DNA from: Phaeosaccion multiseriatum
Lineage: Eukaryota > Protista > Ochrophyta, other classes
Assembly (NCBI GenBank): GCA_965112735.1
Contig: CBCOSG010000001.1
Location: forward strand, 62,001 to 126,000
Reading direction: 5' to 3'
DNA: 64,000 nucleotides
Both the position numbers and the translations under genes were made by a program. The notes under the pieces were generated by a model. It saw only the letters and a program-made list of their open reading frames with translations, ran no database searches and was not told the origin of the DNA. Each line of letters begins with the position of its first letter. Position 1 is the stretch's first letter. Of this stretch, positions 21,370 to 31,908 are shown one piece after another.

Positions 21370-21443
21370 AGATTTGTAGCTCAATTGGATAGAGTGTCGG
21401 ATTTCGGTCCCGAGGGATGTAAGTTCAAGTCTTACCAAATCTA
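21370..21443 (+). tRNA. trnR: tRNA-Arg(UCG)
   Basis: TT-TCG-GT. Confidence 0.92.
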
Positions 21444-21451
21444 AGTTTAAA

Positions 21452-21533
21452 GGAGAGGTGACCGAGTGGTTAATGGTGTCAGACTGTAAATCTGATGGAA
21501 CTTCCTTCATAGGTTCGAATCCTATCCCCTCCT
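21452..21533 (+). tRNA. trnY: tRNA-Tyr(GUA)
   Basis: CT-GTA-AA, long variable arm. Confidence 0.94.
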
Positions 21534-21740
21534 GTGTGTAGGTTTTTTTCTGTCTTTTTGTCATTGTTGCATGGGTATTTTTGGATTTCAGTTCTCGTCT
21601 TTCCTTTGGTGACAACCCAGTTTTTGCTTTTGAACAAAGAAAAAAAAAGTTTTGGCGGGAAACTAAAACAAAAGTTCTGAGAAAAGTCTTTGATCTAAAA
21701 AATTAAAGAAAGTTTTGGTTGTCCGTTGATAATAAAAAAA

Positions 21741-23075
21741 ATGAATACCACAAAAAAAATCTATTCTAGAATTCCCTTGTCTGGGTGGCTAAAACGCTTT
21801 AAATATAAGACAAAACATATCGATTAGAAAGATTCTTCCCACTACAAGCACAAAGGCAGATATTTGGCTTCAGAAGGCTTGTCCACAGCCAAGAAGAAAA
21901 TTCTATTTAAGCTTTCTATATAAAATCAAAAGATGAATTAAAATGTCTTTGTCAGTTTCGTCGATTTACAGGCTAAATTTAAGGAGAAAAGACAGGAGAG
22001 CTTTTGATCAACAAACTGTTCCCATAGAAACCAAAAGTCGACTTCGATGCAAAATAGACACCGAAAGTACAAAAGCTTCAAAACTTTAATTCTTTACTAA
22101 AAAACCTAATTTTTTGATCTACACGATCCTAAAAAAAAATAAAAACTATGTTTGTTAGTCTTGCCAAAGTTTAAGTATATTGGTGTACTTCTTGATTCCT
22201 ACTGACCTATTGTATTATCACCCAGAAGCCTAATGCAAGGATAGGAAGGACTTATTTGATCAAAATGCCTCACTTATTAAGTTTTAGCATTAATCTACTC
22301 TAACTCAAGTTTTGACCCCTTATTTAAGCTTTTTACAGCCCTTAAAACCGTCACTCAAATGCGGATAAATAAAGCTTTACCAATAGACAAGCTAAAGTTC
22401 TTTTAAGTTTTCATCAAATACAGGAAAATAAACAAAGTATTTCATCAACACAGTTTAGAACTATTTGGTCTGTTCTTTTTTTGTAAGCTCAAGTCTTTTC
22501 TTAGTTAGTCAGCTTCTGGCCGAAGCTTAGCTTAATTTAACCCCTAAAGATACTTGAGAAATAATAATTTTCCCTAAATTAGTAGAATAAGATTGCCTGC
22601 AAGACTTAGACCACACCATAGAATCAAGTCAGACTTGGAGTGAAGTCTAGTTAAGAAAGAGGGGACTCTTAAGATAGCAGACTTGGTCGAAATTGAGATA
22701 AATAGAAGTGTGGAAGACCAAAGATTGAGAAAGAAAACTATGTCTTTCGTCAATTAGAAACCGATTGTTTAAAAAATCCTTTGCAGTGTTTGATTTTCAT
22801 TGAGCCTTAACCCCATTTTACGCCTAGAGACTAAATATTTTTTAAAAGGCACCGAAGAGAAGGTTAGATTGACAGTGAAACATTTAGTGGACGGAAGGTT
22901 TATTCTCTGGACCAAAGATATAAGAGAACCTTTTCTATCGGTTCCATAAAATAAAGTTTATTAGTTCTAAAAGTATAAAGCACTTTACTTCATCTCAAAT
23001 GGAGGCTATAATGTTGGTTATTAGGCAGCTGAGACTTTGGTAACTAGACTCAGCATCCCAATCATGCGCTAGTTA
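21741..23075 (+). pseudogene. possible decayed nad11 C-terminal half (nad11b)
   Basis: SILEFPCLGG*NALNIRQNISIRKILP resembles the start of Nad11b; length fits; many stops; 3' limit uncertain. Confidence 0.35.
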
Positions 23076-23577
23076 AAGTATAAAATTTCCTTGATTTGGT
23101 TATGATCTCTTAGTTAAATATGAGGAAAAATTGCTCTTTCCGTCTAATAGAAATGAGTTAACAAACTCATTGATGGACATCTTTAATCAATCTTTTCTTT
23201 TTGATTAAGTTTTTAGGGAACAGACCCGAACAAAAAAGAGGAAAAAAAGAGGTACACTTAAAAAAGCCAAAAGTCTGCTCTCGTAATTAAACCAATCCTT
23301 TGTACTGAACCAAAACTCTGTAAGTGCTCGAAAAAACCTGTTCCTTACATTAGATTGTGTTTTCTCATATGAGAGGGCTACCAAATGCGAGTCCCATCTT
23401 TAGCACGAAACCCCAACCCTGTAGGATCTGGAGTGTAATTTGCAAATGGGCCCTACATACTGGCTGGTCCGGGAACCGGGGAAATTTATTTATCCACAAG
23501 AATCTAAATCATAAAATTAAAATAAAGCTTTATAGACCACATCCCCCTTGTTTATTTCTTGGAAATAAAAAAGATCA

Positions 23578-24886
23578 AAGACTTGAGTTTGATCCTGGCT
23601 CAGGATGAAGGCTAGGAGTATGCCTAACACATGCGAGTGTTGCCTTCTCTTAGAAGAAGAAAGCGCGAACGGGTGAGTAATACTTGGAAATCTGCCCTTT
23701 CTGAAGAAAGTAAGTAGGGAGTCTTCCCCACTTTTGCCTAATTTAGACAAAAAAGAAAGGAAGAATCCTCGAAGGATTAAGGAAGTAGGAAGGATGACAG
23801 CCTTCCTATTCAAAGATCCTTAGTTGGTCTGTGAGGTCGACCAGCCACATTGGAACTGAGACAAGGTCCAAGCCCCTGTAAGGGGCCAGCAGTGAGGAAT
23901 CTTGGACAATGAGCGGAAGCTTGATCCAGCAATATTCCAAGGGGGAAGAAGGCTAAACTGGTTGTAAACCCCTCTCCCGTGGAAAGATTCAGACGCCATT
24001 CACAGGGGTAGTCCCGGCCAATTCTCGTGCCAGCAGTCGCGGTAATACGAGGGGGCAAGCCTTATCCAGAATGATTGGGCATAAAGGGTTCGTAGAGGGC
24101 ATTTTCCTAGATCGTAAGATAAATTCTACCCCCCAAGGGTATGACTTTTGACAAAACCGGGATGCTAGAGTCGAAGAGAAGATAACAGAATCACTTATTT
24201 AGGGATAAAATCCGTAGACATAAGTGGGAATACCAGAGGCGAAGGCGGTTATCTAGATTCGCACTGACCTTCAGGGACTAAAGTGTGGGGAGCAAACAGG
24301 ACTTGACCCCCTGGTAGTCCACACCCTAAAATATCAGCCTAGCTGTTTAGACTGAGAAGTTTAAGCATCTTCCCTGCTAAGGCTAAGGCTGCGCCTGAGA
24401 AGTACAGCATTCAGATCTGAAATTCAAAGGAATTGGCGGGGGCTTATACAAGTGGTGGAGCATGTGGTTTAATGCGATGCTACGCGCCAAACCTTACCAG
24501 TTCTGGAATACTTCTTTCCCTTTTCGGCCTCGGAGATAAGACCAAAGACAGGAAGTACAGGTATTGCATGGCTGTCGTCAGTCCGTGTCTTAGGATGTTA
24601 AGTTCACTCTTATAACGGACGCAACCCTCTTGTGGCAGATAAAGCTCTTACCAAAGTTTTAATTGGTGAGTCCAACTTTGTCCATACTCCACATACTGCT
24701 TAGACTACGGTTTAAGAGGAAGGCGAGGATGAAGACAAGTCCTTATGGTCCTTATGAACTGGGCTACACACGTGCTACAATGGAAAGGACAATGAGTAGG
24801 AAAGATAAAATCAGTCTTTGCCAAACTTGAACACTTTCTTTGGTTCAGACTGAGGCCTGCAACTCGGCTTCACGAAGGCGGAATCA

Positions 24887-24919
<33 letters not shown>

Positions 24920-25085
24920 CTGTACCTAGGCTCTGTACAAACCGCCCGTCACATGTTGGAAGCCGGGCTTGCTCGAAGAATGTCAATGAAATGCTTTGTC
25001 TATTCTCTTGGATTTGAAAGTAGGCTTGGTAACTGAGATGAAGTCGTAACAAGGTAGTCGTAGAGGAATCTGCGGCTGAATTCAA
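23578..25085 (+). rRNA. rns: mitochondrial SSU rRNA
   Basis: GAGTTTGATCCTGGCTCAG, GTGCCAGCAGtCGCGGTAA, AAGTCGTAACAAGGTAG; ends approximate. Confidence 0.98.
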
Positions 25086-25329
25086 AGAAATAAGGTCTTG
25101 AACCTCAGGCGGTATAGAATTTAAGAATGAAAGTTTTCTTTATAAAGGTGAAACATAAGCTTCTGGAACCTATGTCAGTCTTAAAACACAATATAGGGTT
25201 TTGGTATTTTTTAGGCATCAGCATCACTGAGATTTTGAAGCTCTTGGTGAGTATGCTTATTTTTTTTTGGTTTTGTGTACTAATGAACTTCTTTAATTTG
25301 ATAAAAAATTAAACTAATGAGCTCTCTAC

Positions 25330-26172
25330 TTGTACTTGCAGTTTTTAGTCAATTCTCCTGCAAAATCTTGGTTTAAAATTTTAAGCCCTGCTTTCATTTT
25401 GACTTTAGGAATTCAAACTCTTTTACTGCCGCTACCGTATATGTACCCAAATTCGGCCTCGTTCATTTTTAAAGCGAGTCTTTGTGTGGTTTGGGTGTTT
25501 CAATATCAAAAATGGTCGATGATACTAAAATTTGAAAATGCCAAAACTCGGTCTAAAGAGGGCCTTTATGTAGTCTCTCTTTACGCGGACAGTCTTACCC
25601 ATCCAATCTTTGGCAAACTTCAGACATATCTGTATTGGTCTTTTGTATTGGGGATTCTTCTGCCGCGGCAGTATTCAAATATGGCCTACTTTGTAGGTGT
25701 AATTTTCGTATTAATGTCCATTTACTTCTTGCCAGGATATCTGCGGGCAACGCGGCGGCTTTTTAATGAATGTTTTTTGGACCCCCGTGTACTCTATGAG
25801 AGAGGGTTCACGAAAAAGAGGTTAGTGTGGGAGCTAACTGTGGAACACTTAAAGAGGGCCGGAATTTTCATTATAGGGGGCCTACTTGTCGACGTGGGGA
25901 TCGGAAAGTACCTTTATGGCCCAGACGGGAGGTCGTCGATGCAAAACTTATTTTCTTCGACGTTTGCTAACTTCACTGCGGACACTCACGAAAGTGTCAC
26001 AAAATTCCGATTCCTCGAGAGAAGAGGAGTCCCCTCAGAGCTATTGAAGACGGCGTCCGGGAAAGTAGATGTAGGGGCAGTAAATTGGTTCCTTCAGGAC
26101 TATAATACCGTTCTTGATTATGTAGGAGAAGAGTATAGAGCCCAACTAGAGGATACAATCGAAAAACCTTAA
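25330..26172 (+). CDS. orf280, membrane ORFan; paralog of 30863-31729
   Basis: Intact 280-codon frame (TTG start); C-terminal GRSSxQNxxSSTFxNFTADTxESVTKFR...EKP shared with the paralog. Confidence 0.8.
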   Translation: MYLQFLVNSPAKSWFKILSPAFILTLGIQTLLLPLPYMYPNSASFIFKASLCVVWVFQYQKWSMILKFENAKTRSKEGLYVVSLYADSLTHPIFGKLQTYLYWSFVLGILLPRQYSNMAYFVGVIFVLMSIYFLPGYLRATRRLFNECFLDPRVLYERGFTKKRLVWELTVEHLKRAGIFIIGGLLVDVGIGKYLYGPDGRSSMQNLFSSTFANFTADTHESVTKFRFLERRGVPSELLKTASGKVDVGAVNWFLQDYNTVLDYVGEEYRAQLEDTIEKP

Positions 26173-26244
26173 TGGGTAGATTACAATACTAGAAAAGTAG
26201 AATAATCCTAAGTAAATTATCTTGTGTTCTACGCTATTAAGCTA

Positions 26245-26515
26245 TAGAATTATAAGTGAGTCTACTGCGCGAAGCTTAGGCAGTGGAGGTAGTTTGATTT
26301 GTGAAGTTTTTTAAATCTAAGATTCACGTAGTTTTTTCATATACTGGTGGACTAAAGCACTTGGCCAGCTTGTTAGGCTCATGATCTAAAAGTCGTAGGT
26401 ATAAGTTCTACCTTTGCCCGCAATATCCTGTTTCCTGACTTTCTGGGATTTAAGATGAAGACCAAAAAATATATATTAAATTAGCTACACCCCACTCCAC
26501 TTCTCTTGTGAGGGA
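26245..26515 (+). pseudogene. duplicated rps8 3' end + pseudo-trnM + rps10 5' end (inverted copy of ~850-1118)
   Basis: GAATTATAAGTGAGTCTACTGCGCGAAGCTTAGGCAGTGGAGGTAGTTTGATTTGTGAAG identical to rps8; AAATTAGCTACACCCCA is the rps10 start with the ATG lost. Confidence 0.92.
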
Positions 26516-26608
26516 AAAAATAAGGAAAAAAGAAGCAAACAGTAATTTATAGAACCTAGATTTGTTTCAGAGGAGCAAATACGGACTTCGTGATATTTAG
26601 GAAGAACC

Positions 26609-26761
26609 ATGCCACAATTTGATCAAATCACCTTTTTTACTCAAATTCTTAATTTGGGTTTGTGTTTTTTTGGATTTTATTTTTTCTTTGTTTTCTACTA
26701 CCTGCCCAGTCTTAGTGCCTCTTTAAAATTACGCAAGATTTTTAAGGATCTTCCCCGTTAA
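26609..26761 (+). CDS. atp8: ATP synthase subunit 8 (50 aa)
   Basis: MPQFDQITFFTQ...LPSLSASLKLRK; below the ORF-track cutoff. Confidence 0.95.
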   Translation: MPQFDQITFFTQILNLGLCFFGFYFFFVFYYLPSLSASLKLRKIFKDLPR

Positions 26762-26784
26762 GTATCTGATGTTCGAAGCCCAGT

Positions 26785-26858
26785 CGGGAAATGGCGCAGC
26801 TTGGTAGCGCATCTGTTTTGGGAACAGAAGGTCATGTGTTCAAATCACATTTTCCCGA
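26785..26858 (+). tRNA. trnP: tRNA-Pro(UGG)
   Basis: TT-TGG-GA. Confidence 0.94.
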
Positions 26859-26957
26859 ATACTTAGGTATTTGCCTACGAACTTCAGGAGCCTAATAGAA
26901 AACCTCAAGGTATCTCTTGCATCACATATTTTGGTAATTTTAGTGAATGCGATGGGA

Positions 26958-27028
26958 GACCGGATAGCATAAGGGCAATGCCTTGGATTGCAAATCCAAT
27001 TATGGGAATTCGACTTTCCCTCCGGTCT
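26958..27028 (+). tRNA. trnC: tRNA-Cys(GCA)
   Basis: TT-GCA-AA; acceptor GACCGGA/TCCGGTC. Confidence 0.9.
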
Positions 27029-27050
27029 AATACTTGTAAAAAAGTAGAAA

Positions 27051-27145
27051 CCAAGATCGTACTGATATTTGTATGAAATTATACCATAGGTATTTATAAC
27101 CTAATATGGAAGCCATTCGTCTGAATCAGGTAGGGGTAAAAAACC
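27051..27145 (+). pseudogene. duplicated nad9 leader and 5' fragment
   Basis: CCAAGATCGTACTGATATTTGTATGAAATT matches 33215-33309; a CAA codon has become TAA. Confidence 0.9.
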
Positions 27146-27211
27146 TTGGGAAAGTAAGCAAAAAGAGAAAGAATACCTCCCAAGTCAAAATAGAGAAAAT
27201 TTATACTTCCT

Positions 27212-28108
27212 ATGACCACTAAAAAAATATTTATCAACCATCAGCTTGTTTTTGTTGAAGAATTTTCCTCAGTATTACAAGCATGTAGTAGTTTAGGCAT
27301 AGAACTTCCTCGATTTTGTTATCATCCCTTATTAAATATCGCGGGAAATTGTCGTTCCTGTCTAGTAGAAGTTAGCCAAGGTCCAAAACCTCAGATGAGT
27401 TGTGCCTTCCCTATTTTAGGAGGCGGACGATTTTTTCTTCATAGTCCTTTGGTACGAAAAGCCCGAGAAACAGTTTTAGAGTTCAATCTAGTAAACCACC
27501 CTCTAGATTGCCCTATTTGTGACCAAGGAGGGGAATGCGATCTCCAAAATCAAAGCTTTCACTTCGGCAGTGACAAAACACGGTACGCTGAAGTAAAGCG
27601 TACGGTCAAAGAGACTTTTCTAGGTCTAGGTATAAAAAGTTTGATGACTCGTTGCATACATTGCACTCGCTGTGTGCGGTATTCTAAGGAATGGTTGGGA
27701 GACAGTAATTTGACTGCCAATGGCAGAGGCTCTCACATGATAGTCGAAGCTTACTCCTCAACTCCCTTAACCACTTTAGCCTCAGGCAACGTAATAGATC
27801 TATGCCCCGTAGGGGCAGGTCTAAAAAAGGTGGTTAAAATTCTTGGGGAGAGTTGGGATTTTGTCGTCCGCTTGTGGCGAGACCTTCCTTTGGTATTGGC
27901 TTATCTTTCACTTATAATCTTATACACCTGCATTGGACTCCTCGGAGTCCGCCATATGTATGTGTATCTTGGCTGGGTCTATGCTACTTTTTTAGTAGTG
28001 TGGGGACTGTCACTTTACAAACTATGGCGGTGGGAGCCGTATAAAATAATAGGACCATATTTGGTCCTTGTTTTGTACGTCACTTTTAAGATTTGGGTTT
28101 CCTCTTAG
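27212..28108 (+). CDS. nad11: NADH dehydrogenase subunit 11 N-terminal Fe-S half with a ~96-aa hydrophobic C-terminal extension
   Basis: PRFCYH, AGNCRSCLVE, NHPLDCPICDQGGECDLQ, RCIHCTRCVR, DLCPVGA. Confidence 0.95.
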   Translation: MTTKKIFINHQLVFVEEFSSVLQACSSLGIELPRFCYHPLLNIAGNCRSCLVEVSQGPKPQMSCAFPILGGGRFFLHSPLVRKARETVLEFNLVNHPLDCPICDQGGECDLQNQSFHFGSDKTRYAEVKRTVKETFLGLGIKSLMTRCIHCTRCVRYSKEWLGDSNLTANGRGSHMIVEAYSSTPLTTLASGNVIDLCPVGAGLKKVVKILGESWDFVVRLWRDLPLVLAYLSLIILYTCIGLLGVRHMYVYLGWVYATFLVVWGLSLYKLWRWEPYKIIGPYLVLVLYVTFKIWVSS

Positions 28109-28159
28109 GAGCTGACAAGATTTTTCTTCCATTTGTGAAGTTTGTGACAAGCTTCAAGC

Positions 28160-29854
28160 AAAATAAAGAAAATCTTCACAAAGGGCATGGAGGGAATGCC
28201 TAGGGGCCCAGCCTCTGTAGACGTAGACAACAACGAAAGCTCGGAGGAAGGTCTTCGACCTGTGCACTTCGACCTTCTACCTTGGAAAACCATTCCGTTT
28301 GAGGAAAAACAGGCCAGTAAAGCCTGCAAAGAAGAGGGCAGACAAACTGAAACATCTAAGTAATCTGCTTAAGAGAAATCAACCGAGATACCGTAAGTAG
28401 CGGTGAGCGAAAACGGTGTAGGCTCTCTCCTAGACGACCTTGAAAGATCCAAATTAAAAAACGACTCCAGCTCAATAAAACATTGGATGGAGAAGAAAAC
28501 CATAGAAGGTACAAGTCCCGTAGGGGAAGAAAAGGAGAGGATTCAAGTACTTTTCTGGCGATAGACAAGGAATATTGGGGAGCCATCCTCAAAGCCTAAA
28601 TAGACTGGGCCACCCATAGTGAACAAGTATCGTGAGAGAAAGGTGAAACAGAGATTTCTGCTGTGAAATGTCCTGAAACTCCCTGCCTTTTAGGTGTTGA
28701 AGCTTTGTGGAAGTGACAGCCTACCTTTTGTATAATGGGTCAGTGAGTAAAAGATTAGGGGCAAGCTTAAGTTTAGGAAGGCAAAGGTCAATCGAGGAGT
28801 AAAACTTCGTGGAGTCCCAATTTTTTTTACCCGAAACCGACTGAGCTAAGATTGAACAGGTTGAAAAAGACAAGGCAACTTTCTTTGGAGGACCGAACCC
28901 GTGTATGTGGCAAAATACTGGGATGATTTGATCTTAGGGGTGAAAGGCCAATCAAAGTCGGAGATAGCTGGTTTTCTGCGAAATCTATTGAAGTAGAGCG
29001 TCTTAATGGGAAATCCGGGGTAGAGCACTGTCGTAGGAAAGGGGAGGCAAAATCTTACTGACTTATGGCAAACTGCGAATACAGGATACGTCTTCAATCA
29101 AGGCAGACAGACCATGGGTGCGAAGGTCCTTGGTCAAAAGGGAAACAGCCCAGATTGATGGTTAAGGTCCCCAAAGGAAAGGAAGTGAAGAAGGAGGTGA
29201 CGAGCTAAAGACAGCCAGGAGGTAGGCTTGGTAGCAGTCATCCTTTAAAGAATGCGTAACAGCTCACTGGTCGAAGTTTTTTGCGCCCACAATGTTTGGG
29301 ACTAATCTTTCCTACCGAAGCCTCAAACCCTACAGGGTGGTAGCAGAACCTTCCGTAGGTCGAGGAAGATGAGGGGCAACCTTCATTGGAGATATCGGAA
29401 TCGAGAATACTGACATGAGTAGCAACAAACCAGGAGGATCCTGGTGGCCTTAAATTCAAGGGTTTCCACGACAGATTTCTTCTTCGTGGGGGCTTGAGCT
29501 AATCTCAAGCCATAAAGACGGTCCCTAAGACTGCTGACGAAAGCCAGGGTTGATGGGAGATCTTAGACAGGACGAAGCTGGCAGAGGAAGTAGAGGAGTA
29601 TAGCTGGTCTCCTCTGCTTTAGCTCAGCTTCCAGGAAATACTTCTAGGAGCGGCACCGTATCGTAAACCGACACAGGTGAATGGGTGGAGTACACTCAGG
29701 CCTTTTACACTCAGAGCCTTTTGAGAACCGTGTTGAAGGAACTCGGCAAAATGACTCCGTGGCTTCGGTAGAAGGAGGAAGCCTTTGTAGGCTTGGCACT
29801 AAAGTGGGAGCGGCGACTGTTTAGTAAAAACACAGGACTCTGCGAAGTTGTAAA

Positions 29855-29892
<38 letters not shown>

Positions 29893-29978
29893 CGGAAGAC
29901 CCGAAAGTGGAAGCTTTTAGGGAGAATGCCCAGTAAACGGCGGCTGTAACTCTGACGGTCCTAAGGTAGCAAAACTGA

Positions 29979-30009
<31 letters not shown>

Positions 30010-30085
30010 TGTAACGACTGCTCCGCTGTCTCCAACACGGACTCAGTGAAATTCCCATGGTCGTGAAGAGGCGACCTCGCTGCAG

Positions 30086-30119
<34 letters not shown>

Positions 30120-30424
30120 TTTGAGCTGGGAAGCATGACATAGGTTGCGTAGTAGTAGGTGGGAGGTTATGCCGCAGATGAAAGACCACCCTCCTTCAGT
30201 CTAGCTTTCTTCACCTGACTTGGGACAGGCTCAGACGGGTAGTTTGGCTGGGACGGCAGCCTCCTAAAGAGTAACGGGGGTACGCAAAGGTACACCCTTC
30301 CATGAAGGAAGAAAAGGCGGAATGGCTTGATGTGTGCCTGACTGTAAGACTCACAAGTCGAACAGAGACGAAAGTCGGCCATACAGATCCGGTGGATGTG
30401 CATATGGGCACTTCACCGCTCATA

Positions 30425-30460
<36 letters not shown>

Positions 30461-30862
30461 TCTCGAGAGCTCCTATCGACGGAAGGGTTTGGCACCTCGA
30501 TGTCGACTCATCACATCCTGGAGGAGAAAAAGCTTCCAAGGGTTGGGCTGTTCGCCCATGAAAGTGGTACGTGAGTTGGGTTTAGAACGTCGTGAGACAG
30601 TTTGGTCCCTATCTACTGTGGACAACAATCTAAGGGAAGAAATTCTAGTACGAGAGGACCGAATTTCGGGGATCCATGGTGTACCGGTTGTGTGAGCACA
30701 TGCAGTGTCGGGTAGCTACATCTCTAGAAGAGAATGGCTGAAAGCATCTAAGCCAGAAACTTGTCCTCAAGCATTGTCTAGGCCTCGTTTTAGACGAAAA
30801 CGTGAATAGGAGGGTAGTGAAAGTCGTGTAAGCGGTGTAGCTGATCCTTACTAATTAGGCTT
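28160..30862 (+). rRNA. rnl: mitochondrial LSU rRNA; no introns seen
   Basis: ACTGAAACATCTAAGTA, GACGGAAAGACCCC, GGCACCTCGATGTCG, AGTACGAGAGGAC (sarcin-ricin loop); ends approximate. Confidence 0.98.
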
Positions 30863-31729
30863 ATGATGTTTAAATACATGCTGCGTCGTATGTGGAAACG
30901 AATAACAGATTTGGATACAGAGGTTTGGTTTGTAATACTGTTTGTAGCCTACTTTTTAACCTTTGTCATTTCCTCCCTTGGACTGTTTGAGGGTAGGTTT
31001 GATATCGTGTGTTCACTAGTGCAATTCAGCGTCCATCTGGGGTGGATTTTTTACTACCATAAAGAGGTAATTTTACCCAAGTTTAGAAAGGATAAAACCC
31101 GGTGTAGAGAGGGCAGTTATGTCGCATCTCTTTACCAGGATAGTCTGGGACACGAAGGTTTGGCAAAAGTACAAACTCTCTTGTATTCGTCATTTATCCT
31201 CGGAATCGGTCTACCACCAAAATACTCTATTTTGTTTTATCTCATAGGTTTACTCTCCTTATTGGCCTGTCTCTATTTACTGCCGGCGTATGTGCGATCA
31301 ACCACACGACTGTTTCAGGAGTGTTTTTTGAATCCTGGAGTACTCCACGCTAAAGGGTTTACAAAAAAAAGAATAGTGTGGGAAGTGGCTGTAGAACACG
31401 GCAAAAGAATTCAAATAATTGTAGCGGGGGGCTAGTGGCAGATGTGTGGGTCGGAAAGTTCTTTTACGGTCTAGATGGAAGGTCGTCGCTGCAAAATTTC
31501 TATTCTTCGACGTTCGATAACTTCACTGCGGACACTCAAGAGAGTGTCACGAAATTCCGGGCCCCGGGCCCTCGAAAGCAGGAGAGTCCCCTCAGACCTG
31601 ATGAAGACGGCGTCGGGGAAACTGGATATAGGAGCAATAGATTGGCTTCTTCAAGAGTATAACGCGGCTCTTGATCATTACGGAGAACTATATAAGGCTC
31701 AACTTGAAGATCGAGTCGAAAAACCTTAA
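30863..31729 (+). CDS. ~orf287, membrane ORFan and paralog of orf280; frameshifted as assembled (G6 run at ~31426; 7-nt duplication at ~31561)
   Basis: Collinear with orf280: KTRcrEGsYVaSLYqDSL, FqECFLnPgVL, GFTKKRiVWE, ...LEDrVEKP. Confidence 0.75.
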
Positions 31730-31806
31730 TAGTGTAGAGATAGGTAAGTTGCTAAAGGGGTATAATACCCCTAAGTAAATTATTTTGTCTTCTATGCTAT
31801 TAAGCT

Positions 31807-31880
31807 ATGGAATTATAAGTGAGTCTACTGCGCGAAGCTTAGGCAGTGGAGGTAGTTTGATTGGTAAAGTTTTTTAGACC
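31807..31880 (+). pseudogene. second duplicated rps8 3' fragment
   Basis: TATGGAATTATAAGTGAGTCTACTGCGCGAAGCTTAGGCAGTGGAGGTAGTTTGATT identical to the rps8 3' end. Confidence 0.92.
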
Positions 31881-31908
31881 TAGGACTCACATAGTCTTTT
31901 CATACCAT

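Noticed and set aside
21267-21370. GGGGCC...GGCCCC-CCA segment as mitochondrial tmRNA or RNase P RNA
   Set aside because: No T-arm or G3:U70 pair, no convincing P4 consensus, and the final A is the first base of trnR; kept only as part of the unknown-motif finding.
25127-25312. 61-aa hydrophobic ORF upstream of orf280
   Set aside because: Short, T-rich, in a different frame from orf280 and with no counterpart in the paralog.
29690-29725. Tandem duplication in rnl as an intron remnant or expansion segment
   Set aside because: Absent from the mirror arm, which has the canonical sequence; likely a polishing artefact.
23517-30695. Short ORFs (60-141 aa) inside rns and rnl and their mirror copies
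   Set aside because: They overlap conserved rRNA sequence and show no protein motifs.
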